This document shows, piece after piece, positions 1-11,699 of a stretch of 64,000 bases of DNA (positions within the stretch are counted from its first letter, which is position 1; each line of letters starts with the position of its first letter). Location: NCBI GenBank assembly GCA_977017645.1, contig OZ360219.1:289416001-289480000 (forward strand), written 5' to 3'. The position numbers and the translations under genes are program-made. The notes beneath the pieces are model-generated. The model worked only from the letters and a program-made list of their open reading frames with translations, was not told the origin of the DNA and ran no database searches. Source of the stretch: Torpedo marmorata (lineage: Eukaryota).

Positions 1-223
1 GATCTGCATGCTACAGGATTGGTCTCCCACACACTGACGTGAAGGTTGCAGAATGGATTTGAAATGTTTTAAATGCAAACTTATCTTCAACTCATGCTTT
101 GGGATTGAAATTGCTCCTGAAGTTTGAGCATTGCGACCTTTAGCTCTCAAAACCAGTCACGGCATCATAGAAAACACGGATAAAAATGTAATGGAAGAAC
201 ATTGCGTTTTAAAACAATATCTT

Positions 224-229
224 TTTATT
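224..229 (-). promoter_or_regulatory. Candidate polyadenylation signal (AATAAA) of FGFR3
   Basis: Plus-strand tttatt at 224-229 reads AATAAA on the gene strand. The context (ttgttattaacatggaactgttccattccacaaaaataaa) resembles, from memory, the end of the mammalian FGFR3 3'UTR. Confidence 0.6.
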
Positions 230-1867
230 TTTGTGGAATGGAACAGTTCCATGTTAATAACAAAGCTTTGTAAAGGCAGACAGATATTGTTCAGTGCTAG
301 TTATTATTTAACTCCAAAAAGACCATCTGTGGCCTCTTACAGGCTTCAGGCAGGCAAATTGGTTGAAGTGGGTTCCTTTTATTTGGAGCTCACTTCTGAC
401 CACCATGAGTGTGGAATGAGACAGGCACTGGTCCAATCTAACCATGGAACATATATCGACAATCTCAGCTATTGCCAGTATTGCTTGACATAATTAAACC
501 TACAGAAAAGGGAACTGAATATCAAATGTTAAGTTCAGTCAAAGCTACTATATGTATATTTTGTAAAAAAAAAACCTCAATAAATTAGATATATATCTAA
601 GTTCTTTTTTTGTAAATCATGCACAGATTTCAAATATTGGAAAAGTTTTTTTTATGCATTAGGTACCTGGAATGTACACGTCAACAGTGATCGGTAAGAA
701 AATAATGAAGTGTTTTCTCACTTTACAAAAATTACATCACTATAAATCTCCTATGTTTGTATTAGAGTTAACAGATAACTTCAATCTATTAAATTAACTT
801 TTCTACTGAATAAGAGCTTGATGGTCCTAAGAAAGATTAAAGGAGATTAACAGAACTCTTGTTGATTTTAATAGGATTCCTGCCTAAATTCTTATTTGCA
901 TTTTACCTGCGGAATCCTATTTAAAATCAAACCGGACTTTATTTTTGATTCTGGATTACATGTTTTTATTCTGCTTCACAGGCAGCTGCCTGCTACCCAT
1001 TTGGCCACCTGTTTCCGCCTTTTTTTTTTGTGTATTTTAACAAAAGAGGGTTTACCTCAAACGGGTTCTCTGCAAAATTGCACGACACATTTCAATTGCA
1101 CCACCGAAGTTGTGCTTGTGGCACTAACCTGCATAAAGAGAAGGGAGTGACTCGCAGGTCACCGATACACGAAAGGCAACAGCCGTCCTTTCTCGCACAA
1201 GTCTTCTTCTGCAAACATTCACTATCATTGCACCCTCTCGTCACAGCATTGCAAAAGTGCCAGCACAGCGACGCCCCTCACTTGCACATTTGGTGCTGGC
1301 ACCAGCTATATTTAGTATCTCGGTGCCAATATATCAGGGGAAGGGGTAAGAAATAAGAAAAATAAACACTAAGCCAATGTGCTTTATAATGTTGTGTGAT
1401 GTGCTATTTAAGTGCGATGCACTTGATTCGTAAACTCCAATTTCCGCAGGTGTGACCAGCACCTGAATCCAACCCTGCTTGCTGGGGAATGTTGTCTCGG
1501 ACACAGCTCAGTTCTTGGTGGCCAAGATCTTTCACTGTGTCCTGTTCCAATGGCACTTGGCGCAAAAATGTCACTAATAGTCCAGCAACAAAGCCAGCAT
1601 TCTTTCACGGGGCCGCTACCTGCTATACGGATACAGTGCCAAGCTTATTGGACAGCCCCATCCAAGACATTGTATCCGTATAATAGACCCACTGTTATTC
1701 ACAGCCAGCACCCTTCCCCTGTTGTGTCCTTGTCACAGGTACGCCACAAACCTTCATTTGTTTGGAAAAGTCAAGATAATTCTAGAATCTGATTACTAAA
1801 CAGCAGGAAAATAAATCATTGCAATCTAAAATAGGAAAAGATGGGGTTACTTTTATACGATGTTTGA

Positions 1868-1925
1868 AAGCTGGATGGGTTGAGCCGATAGGTCTGTTTC
1901 CATGCTGTATAACTCTATGACTTGA
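1868..1925 (+). mobile_element. Short CR1/SINE-type 3'-end fragment inside the FGFR3 3'UTR
   Basis: gggttgagccgataggtctgtttccatgctgtataactctatgact matches the tail seen on many CR1/SINE copies in this window (gggccgaagggcctgtt.ctgtgctgta...ctatg). Confidence 0.6.
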
Positions 1926-2762
1926 TGCTAACTTTGTTTTCCTCATTAACCTTTGTGTCTAATCAATGGGTAATAAATTAAAAATTATCAACATGTAAAA
2001 CCGAAAATTAAGAACCTAAATCACTAAAGCTGTGTACAGTAATTAGTAAATAAGCTATATACTTATAAATCTCTTAACCAAAATGATATGTTAAAGCCTA
2101 TGAACAACTTTACAAATATACAACATGCTAATCAGATTGCAAATAATTATTGATTTTTGAACTATTTTACCCTTATTCACTACACAATGAGTTTCTTTAA
2201 TAACTTCCAGATTAATACTGAATATCCTAGACTGCAATGATTTTAAGGTTTTGCCTCCTCATACTTGTAATTATGTTTATATTTTTTTGCTTTTTTCCCC
2301 TAAACAAGCAAATCATAAGTATACAACGGTTTTTTAACATTATCATACAATATTCATATTTATATATTTACAACTCTTCTGAAATCTGCAGCTTCACACA
2401 AATAAAAAGTATTTAAATGCTCTTTTGTAAAGAAAAATAATTGTCTTTTATGTCACTCTCCTTTCTCAGCACACAACTTAGGCACAGAATGGTTCCTTTA
2501 GCAGTCAAAATGCCAGAGGTCAAACGTTATCACATCTGAATTTCTTTTTTGCAGAACTTTCCATTTCGGTTTCTACGTTACAAAGTTTCTTCATGCCAAG
2601 CAGTATTTTTGTTTCGATGGGCACAGCACTTGAAGATATAAGGCTCAATAACGGTGGGATGTTTAACCGGGAGTGAGACCCCCCCCCACCCCGTAGGTGG
2701 TACAGTGTATTTCCTTCAGTGTGAGTTTTCCAGAGTTCAGCAGCCCAGACTTGTGCTTTTTC

Positions 2763-2927
2763 TCATGTCCTGATGACACCGTTACACTGCTGGTGCTTTG
2801 GGAGGCAAGGCTCATCAGGCAGAGCATCGTGGGCAAAGACTGAATCATCCCCAGAGGAGCAGGTACTGTGTGTGTCTTGGCAGGCTGGGGAATACTGTTC
2901 GAAAGGCGCCGACAGGTCAAGGTACTC
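2763..2927 (-). CDS. FGFR3: FGFR3 last coding exon (C-terminal tail)
   Basis: Acceptor ttgtatttcag. Translates [54 protein letters not shown], with the YLDL PLC-gamma site and an FGFR3-type C-terminus. Confidence 0.97.
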   Translation of the reverse strand, partial: EYLDLSAPFEQYSPACQDTHSTCSSGDDSVFAHDALPDEPCLPKHQQCNGVIRT

Positions 2928-5900
2928 CTGAAATACAAAGGATAAGAAAAACGTTGTGAGCTCTCTGTGCTACATCTGCTATAGGCATGTCATAGGGTTG
3001 TGCAGCATGGAGCAGGCCCTTCGGCCCAATGTGTCTACCCCGGCCAAGTTGGCATACGTTTGGTCCATGTTTAAAACCCCCCCCTTCCATCTATATACCT
3101 GTCCAAGTAGATGTCACACTGATGTCTCTTGCCTGAGGATCAGAAGATTGATAATTCCAGTCCCGCTCCTGAGACTTGGCCACAAAACCAAGGCTGATCC
3201 TGCAGTATCTAACTGAGGGGTGATCGACTCTGGGCATCATTTCACCTAATGGTCCCGTGTCGTTAATTCAAAGGGCAAGGGAGTTTTTCTGAAGTAAAGC
3301 CATTGGAAAATTCCCGCAGGTCGGGCTGCTTCCCTGGAGAACTAATGAGAAGTTTCTCTTTTCACAGGTTCTGTTGATCATGTGGAGAAAACCCAGGACC
3401 TCTGTTTTATTTACAATTTCCAGCTAATGCCCTATCTCACTTTTGGAGCTTTCCAGAGTCCTGTCTAAAGTTTATCTTTGTGACTGATCATTATTGGACT
3501 GAGTTTTGTTTCAGCTTCATGTGTGTAAATCATTGTCCGAACTTCCTCTGTAACAACAGTGACTCAAGTGGGGTAAAGATTTCGATACTACACCATATGA
3601 CTTTAATCTCCCTCTCCCCCATTTATTTCTGAATAAACTGTTCCGTCTTGCATTCCCATGAACGCCTCCTTAGCCCCTGCTGATTCTCCTACCACACACC
3701 TACAAACGAGGGGCAATATGCAATGACCCACATATCTTCGGGATGCGGGAGGAAATTGGAGCATTGGGAGAAAAGCTTTGTGGTCACAGGGAGAAGGTGC
3801 AAACTCTACACAGGTAATTCAGGGTCGTACCCAGGTCGCTGAGGCAGCAACACTAGTACTGCGCCACTTTACCATACACTTCATCAAATACGGCTGAACA
3901 TTTTCCCTACTTGCTTAAACCCCCCCCCCCGAAGTTAGATCATCAGTTAGCCTGACGTGGATCAAGTCTAATGAAAGGTCACGTTGACCCTGTTTCTCTC
4001 TCCATGGTTGCTGCATGCTCTACTGAGTACTTTCAGCGATATTTTTGCTTTTTGGATTCCAAAGGGCCCCTGGCCAACCCTCGGCACCGGTCCTCCCCGA
4101 TGATTCCGCATTTGCAGCTTTGATGATGAACGGGAGTTATTGCTGTCTGGATGCAGATTCTACTGGCAGTCTGCGTCCACTGTTACTGAGAAACCGGAAC
4201 TGAACGTTTACCCAGAGTGGGCAAGGCAGAAAGCATTGGTGGCAACGTTTCTGTTCTGGAGACATAGTGGATGATTAGTCATGTGTACACCAGCTGGCTG
4301 CTCCAGAGTGATGCTGGGAGGAAAAATAGTTGTGGATCTGGTATTTACCAGGCATAACCTCATGAGGCATTCATTCTCTACAAAACTGGGGAGCTTAGGT
4401 CTAGCTTTTCTATGTTTCATCGGATTTCTGAATGGACAATGAATCAGACACTACCTCACTTTCTCTCCTTTTGCACCAATTTATTTATTTATTTATTTTT
4501 AAAATGTAGTTTATAGCAATTTTGCACCTGTAATGCTGCCACAAAACAAAAAATTACTTGACATGTTCAGGACAATAAATTCTGATTCTATCTGGCACTG
4601 AATGGAGGTGCAATTTAATAAATGAGGCGTTATGTAAAGTGGGACAATGATCACAGGGGAGCAGGAGTTACAGCATCATTCGAGTGAGGGAATGGGATCA
4701 TCTGCTCCATTTCAGCGATACAAGGAATCCCAAGCGGAGTGGGTTGGGTTGAGGTGGACCTGATGTGCCCTGTTTCTCCACACCCCCAAGTTTTGCTCTT
4801 TGCTTATTCACAGTAGGTGGACATCTCTGGTCAGACCAATGTAGTCAGCACAGACATGTTGGGCTGAAGGGCCTGTTCCTGTGCTGCATTGTTCTTTGTT
4901 GACATTTAATGCCCATCCTTTGTATGGGGCAGCCCAACGAGCGGACTCTCTAAACACTGACCCTTGCTCTGGTTCTCCCGAGAACAGATGGCATTGGCTC
5001 AGTGACAAGCACGTCTTACGAAGGGTGTCCAACCTGAAACATTGACTCTGCTTCTGTTGGGCTGACGAGTGTTTCCAGCATTTTCTGCTTTTATTTAAAA
5101 TTTCCAGTGATTGTAGGTTTTTTTGGGGGTTTTCAGTTTTGGAGCTGGAGGGTAGTGGGTCTCAAACAGGTATCAGGTTATTGCTTGAGACCTGGGTAAT
5201 GTGTGCCTACTCTTTGAGCTCCGACTTAAAATGAGACTGCGATTCCTGTCCACTGTTTTATGGGCTAAAATCAGCTCACAGGGCCCCAAAACATGGAGAG
5301 TGCCTGGTCAAATTACTAGCTCCCATCATCTAACATCTGAAGGAATGACAGACCTGCACTTTCTCTTTTTAATTCAGACAAACTAATATAACTCTGAGCA
5401 ACTTTTGATTAATGATAGTAACTTTAGGAGCACGGCCTCTATCCACAATAAGTACCTGGGGTGTACCTTGTGACCATGAGCCGTACAATGACCATTCAGT
5501 GGGATCAGTAATAGATTTTACACATACTGCAGTTTGAACAGTGACAATGATTTGCATTGTACAAAATCAGGAAATTGCTTTTTTTTAAAAAAACTAACCT
5601 GAAGTAAATCCCCCAAGGTAACCACTTACTTTCCAAATTATAGCAATTAATGGATTCCTTATGAGAACCATAATGTTAAAGAGTTAAGTGTGCTGACTAC
5701 AGTTCTCACATTTTACTGCCGAGTGTCCCATCTCCACCCCTGCCCTCCCCCGTGTCACATGATATGGGCAGTCCAGCAACGACACCATAAAAAGACAGCA
5801 GCACCGATTACAAATGGAGTGATCCCTGTTTCCTTTCTTCTCACGCCGTTAGATCAGAGTGAAAATCGGACCTCCTTTTAAGTTCTGGTCTTGGCAACAT

Positions 5901-8580
5901 TCCATCTCAGTTTCTAAGGTCACAGGTTAACTATCCAATTGGGGCAGGTTATTGGGCAGGAGGGACACTACATAAATCCTGGCGATAATGTTTTATGATT
6001 GCTAGCTGGAGATTTGGTACTGTCGATCATTTTCAATAATTATCTGTCAGGAATTTGAACAGCCCACTAAATCAGTTAGGCCTGTTGAATGCCTCTCTGT
6101 GTGTGCCTGAAACATATTTTTTTTAAATTTAAGATATACATTAAACAATGCGCTTAGTGTGTTGAAGTGAGAGTCTGCACAGATTTAAAACAACAGTAAA
6201 TGCTGGAAATCAATAAGGGCAAAAGCCGCATCTCTGGAGCAGGAACGAGGGTGGCTGTGAAGAGGGCTGTATTTTGGCTCCTTCCCTGGAACCCAGTGAA
6301 GTGAGGACAATGGAAGGTCAGAGGAGGGGCACCCTAAGGTGAGAAACGACCTCATGTTCCCCACGCCTTTTCTCCCATCTACAAAGTCAGTAGTAGCAAT
6401 AGGGAATAGTGTCCACTGCCTGGATGCATGCAGCTCCCACAACTCTCAAGTAGGGCAATTCAATCCAGGACAAAGCAGCTGGCTTGACTAACACCCCATC
6501 AACCACGAGAGCATTTATTATTTATTCTCTCCACACAGTGGCTGAATTGTGAGACATCTACAAAACACACTGTAGATACTTGCCTGGGCCCTTCGGCAGC
6601 ATGCCCCAATCCCACAACCACCCTCCCACTCCCCGCCCACCTCCAAGTGTGGGCAGCGGGTGCAGCGGAGCACCGCCCCTCCAAATCACCCACCACCCTG
6701 ACTCAGAAATACTGTACATTACCACTGGGCTAAATCCTGGAACTCCCCTCCCAACAACACTTCACCAGAAGGCCTGCAGAGGTACGAAGGGTGCTCCTTA
6801 CACTGACAAGGGCAATTACAGACACGGAATAAATGATGAGCTTTTCAGGAACACACAGATCCCGAAACATGAATATCAAATCTTGTCCTTCACTGAATGG
6901 ACAAGAATAAATTCCATCCTGTTGCCTTTCAGCCAATTAACATTAATTGGTGGACAGCATCCAGCTCTTCTCATTTGAGCAGAATGTAGCTACTGTGTTT
7001 CCAGAATTTTCTATTCTTGTTTCAAAATTGAACATGCTCCCTATGGCAATTTCTGATTTGCCATCAGATACTATTATAAATAAAGGTTTGTACAACCTAC
7101 AGCCTGGATACGTTTACTGGGATGGCGACCATGTGTGAGGGGGTTGCTGCTTTATCTGAACCACAGTAAAACTCCGAGAAGTAAGGATTTGTTGGCTGCT
7201 TTCCCCAATTTCCTGCACCATGCTAGTGGACTCTGGGGGACAGTCTGCAGCCATTTCCATGCGGAAAAGGTCACCAGAGGTTGATAGTGGCCACTCTCCC
7301 GATGTTTCAATGAGTTCATCTGGTGTGCAGCTGGTCTGAAAACTCCTTGATTGTCTTGCATTCAGTACCCAGGCTCCGCTGATTCAGCTGGCCTTGCTGA
7401 AAGTGCGTGAGCTCGAAACACGAGCATCCTGCTCATATGCTGGTACCCTGGGTTGGAAATGTACCCATGGACAGTGAGGAGGGTTAGGTTCAGCTGTCCT
7501 GGACACCCAGATGAAAGAACAGCACATTCACTGGGATGACACTGGGAACAAAGAGGTAAAAGTCAGAAGCAGGTGGTTCAGTCTTCCCTGGAAGTTAGTG
7601 GATGAAGGGGTAACCTGGATAAGATTTGACAGGCTAGGTAGACTGGGACTGGTGGCAGAATCCAGACAATGAGGAGGTCTCGCCTTCAAATTAGATGCAG
7701 GGCTGATGTCAGGGAGCAACTGTTTACACAGGGGCAAATGGAAATCAGCCACAATGGTTGAGATTTTCGTGTTTTACTTCACAATAGTTGAGTCCCGGAG
7801 AGGGTTGGGGGAGGGAGAGGGTGGCCAATCAGTCCTCCATCGACTCTATCTCCACTTCCTGCTACCTTGGGAAAGCAGCCAATGTTTTAAAGGCCACATC
7901 CCACGCCGGTCACACTCTCCTCTACCCTCCTCCAGTCGAGAAGAAGATACACGAGTTTGAAAACACGCACCTCCAGATTCAAGGACAGTTTCTCTCAGAA
8001 TCTCGAACAGACTTCTCGTGGGTAAAAGATGATGCCCGTGCACTATTTAACGCTTTTCTTCTACACTGTACCCTGCACTCTTTGTTTGATCTGACACTAG
8101 CCACTGCATTTTTTAAAATATTTTTACATTACCTGTTGTGCTATGCCCGGATAGCAAAAGGTTTTTTAGTGTGTCTCAGTGCATGTGACAATAAATAATT
8201 CAGTTCAGTTCATTCTGATGGATGACTCGGACTGTGTTAGGATACACATGGCGGATTGCGTAAGCACAGGTTTATGGGGAGCAGGGGAGGTTTATGGAGG
8301 CGTATGTTAGAATTAGCAGATTGGAGAGTGAATTCACCATCTGGGTGGAGAGAAGATCCTGACTGTTTCAACAGCATTCTGTTTCCAAGTCAGACAATCA
8401 CTTCAAAGCTGAAATTGATAGATTATTGTTGGGTAAATATGTTCAGGGATTTAAAATAAAAATAGGTAGAAGGATTAAACATTTAAACAAGTAGTATATT
8501 CCTGTGAGAAGTCAACAGGCTCAGGGGAGGAACGATGACAAAACCAGACAGGAAGCAGAGGAGAAAATTTATTGCAGTCC

Positions 8581-9152
8581 ATAGGACCATAAGACTTAGG
8601 AGCAGAATTAGGATATTTGGCCCATCGAGTCTGCTCTGCCATTCAAATTATGGCTGATATATTTTTCCTTTCAACCCCATTCTCCTGCTTTCTCCCCATA
8701 ACCTTTGACGTTCCTACTAATCAGGAGCCTATCAACCTCCTCTTTAAATACACCCAATGTCTTGGCCTCCACAGCTGTCGTGGCAATGAATTCCACTGAT
8801 TCACCACCCTCTGGCTGAAGAAATTTCTCCTCATCTCTGTTCTAAAGGGATGCCCTTTGATTCTGAGGCTGTGGTTGATGGGGTGTCATCTATAGTGCCC
8901 TCTGGTCCTAGACTCTCCCACTGCTGGAAACATCTTCTCCACGTCCACTCTATCCAGCCCATTCAACATTTGGAATGCTTCGATGAGATCCCTCCTCATC
9001 CTTCTAAATTCCAATGAGTACAGGCCCAGAGCCATCAAATGCACCTCGTATGTTAACCCTCTCATCCCTGGAATCATTCTCGTGAACCTTATCTGGACCC
9101 TCTCCAATGACAGCATATCCTTCCTTAGATATGGGGCCCAAAACTGCTCACA
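8581..9152 (-). mobile_element. CR1-clade LINE 3' fragment
   Basis: Minus ORF 8886-9179 (QFWAPYLRKDMLSLERVQIRFTRMIPGMRGLTYE...LGLYSLEFRRMRRDLIEAFQML...SRTRGH) is a typical CR1 ORF2 C-terminus. CR1 tail at ~8581-8650. Confidence 0.9.
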
Positions 9153-9358
9153 GTCAGGACTGAGTATAGAGGTGGTCAAAAGCCAGTCTTGAGCTGCAAG
9201 AGAACTGCTTCAAGGACATGTAGTGTCAGGAGTAGGTCATTCACCTTCTTTATCCTGCTTTGCAATGAAATGAGAACTTTATTTCTGTAGCACGCTTGAC
9301 ATGTCAAAACATTCCAAGGCATGTTTAACCTCACTAAGGAGCTATTAGGAGATCATTA

Positions 9359-10824
9359 CCGTATATAATGCCGTATATACCGTATATAATGCGCACACGC
9401 ATATAACGTGCAGAAAATCATAAATTGTGTAAAAATATTTTCGTATAGCATGCACACGCATATACGGGTGTAGTATTCTAAATTCCGACTGAAAAAAGCA
9501 ATTTGCATTTAATTGGGACATGAGACAAAACACATTCCATAGTCCCAGTATCTGCCACAGTTAATCTGCCCTATTTACACCCATTCAACTTCTCTCAATT
9601 GTGTCAATCGCCCATTATATAAATGATATCCTCCTGCAACACATTAACAAGCTTTGGAGAGGAATCAATTAAATAGATCGAAGACAGGCTTCAGAGTTAA
9701 GCAGGATTTTATTCTGTCATGATTTAAAAAGCCTTTCTTTAAAAGAAACCTTATCTTGTTAAAAATAATGTGCAATTGAGAAATTTATGGTTTGATTTGA
9801 TGTAATAAGGATGATTAAACTGATGCCATAGGGCAGAATCATCTTAATGTTGTCTCAGATTAGAGGCACTTGATATGTTAATCTCCTCCCACAGGGGACG
9901 GGTCTGGGCAATTAACATTGATAAGGTGCAGTGCCCTAGCCAGAATATCCTGTTTCTCAGAATACCATGGCACTCAGGCCAAAGAGATATTCCCAAAATA
10001 AAAATTTTGAATTTTGCCATTTTGTATGTACCCAATTCCCACGCTCACTATAAATTGTACCCGTTCTTTCATTGCCGCTATTGCATTCCCACGCTCGCTA
10101 TAAATTGAAGGTGCGACTTTCCCACGCCTGCTATAAATTGAGCGCGTTCTTTTATTGCCGCTATTACATTCCCACGCTAGCTATAAATTGAGCGCGTTCT
10201 TTCATTGACGCTATTGCATTCCCACGCTCGCTATAAATTGCCGGTGTGACTTCCCCCACGCCCAGTATAAATTGAGCGCGTTCTTTTATTGCCGCTATTA
10301 CATTCCCACGCTAGCTATAAATTGAACGGGTTCTTTCATTGCCGCTATTGCATTCCCACACTCGCTATAAATTGCCGGTGCGACTTTCCCACACCCGCTA
10401 TAAATTGTGCGCGGTCTTGGGACGAGACAAAACACATTCTTGTCTCATTCTTGGGACATGAGACAAAACATTTACTTGGGACATGAGACAAAACACGTTC
10501 CATAGTCCCACTATCTGCCACAGTTAATCTCCCGCGATTTACATCCATTCAACTCCCCCCAGTGGTGTTAATCGCCCATAATATATAGATGATATCCTCC
10601 TGCAACAAATTAACAAGCTTTGGAGAGGAATCAATTAAATAGATCGAAGACAGGCTTCAGAGTTAAGCAGGATTTAATTCTGTCATGATTTAAATTGTGC
10701 GCGTTGTTTCAACATGTAAAAATATTCTCATATAGCGCGCACATGCATATAACGCGCACATGCATATAACGCGCGGGGGGGGAGCTGGTTTGTAAAAAAT
10801 GGCGTTACATGCGTAAAAATACGG
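9359..10824. mobile_element. Non-autonomous Tc1/mariner (pogo/Tigger-like) element with internal duplication and minisatellite
   Basis: Begins ta|ccgtat and ends atacgg|ta (short TIR with TA TSD). gcatataacgcgcac-type motifs near both ends, ~215-bp direct duplication (~9512-9727 vs ~10476-10694). Confidence 0.6.
10030..10410. repeat. Minisatellite built on cccacgct(c/a)gctataaattg
   Basis: About eight occurrences of ctataaattg-like cores, alternating with two spacer types. Confidence 0.85.
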
Positions 10825-11400
10825 TAAATGTTTGAGCATCTTGAAGTAGAAAAGCTAGCTACAAGGCAGAGGGGTTTTGGGGAAAAACATTCCGCAGTTT
10901 AGGATATTTGCGGCTGAGGGCAAGGATGGCGGCATTAAATTTGGGGTCAGATTTTGAGGGGTCCAGATTGACGAAGGAAGGGGTCCAGGTCTAGAGGAGG
11001 CTACAGGGAAATGGAGAGGCAAGATGACAGAGAACTGGGAACATGGGATGGATGAGTTTGCAGTCGATGTCAAAGTAGGTCAGTGCAAAGAAGGTGATGG
11101 TGAATGGGACTTAGTGTGAGTTAGGACACCGGCAGTAAGTAAGTTAGAGGAACACAAATTTACAGGAAGGCCAAGGAGGATTGTGTGGGAATTACCGGAT
11201 TTTGGGATTAATTGTCCAACTGTAGAAAACCCTGACTGTTCTGACAACAGTTGTTATCTAAAGAGTGCACATAGATCTCTACAATACTTGAGAGATGAGT
11301 CAGAATCTAAAATGAAGGTAGCGTAATGGTATTGAATAACATTGTGTTATTTCTTAAAATTCACTTTAATTAACCCACTCTCCCAGTTCCTTATGGGTTA

Positions 11401-11523
<123 letters not shown>

Positions 11524-11699
11524 TCACAGAGCGAGCAATGATTAAACTAACGACAATTTTCTTCGTTACATTATTGTTGGGTTGGCGGGAAACAAAATAA
11601 ATAATAAACAATTGACCATTCATGCAGAGGCTGAAAGCAATGCACCATGGCAGGGGCTGCAAGACACCACGAACTGAGGCCCAATACACCAGAGCAAGA

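Larger units (their letters stand above)
200..2762 (-). other. FGFR3: FGFR3 3'UTR (approximate distal end)
   Basis: Lies directly after the TGA at 2763-2765. AU-rich and largely repeat-poor, contains a Pumilio element TGTAAATA (2365-2372) and ends near the AATAAA at 224-229. Confidence 0.65.

Noticed and set aside
1-200. 3' end of a convergent neighbour (LETM1 in other vertebrates)
   Set aside because: No coding or poly(A) evidence in the sequence shown. Synteny expectation alone is insufficient.
2688-2697. miR-99/100 target site known from mammalian FGFR3
   Set aside because: The gene strand reads CUACGGGG rather than the required UACGGGU, and the UACGGAU in the hairpin also mismatches. 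No perfect seed match seen.
7290-7720. Similarity to ~16200-16545 suggesting a duplicated exon
   Set aside because: No shared open frame or splice signals. More consistent with two copies of an old dispersed repeat.
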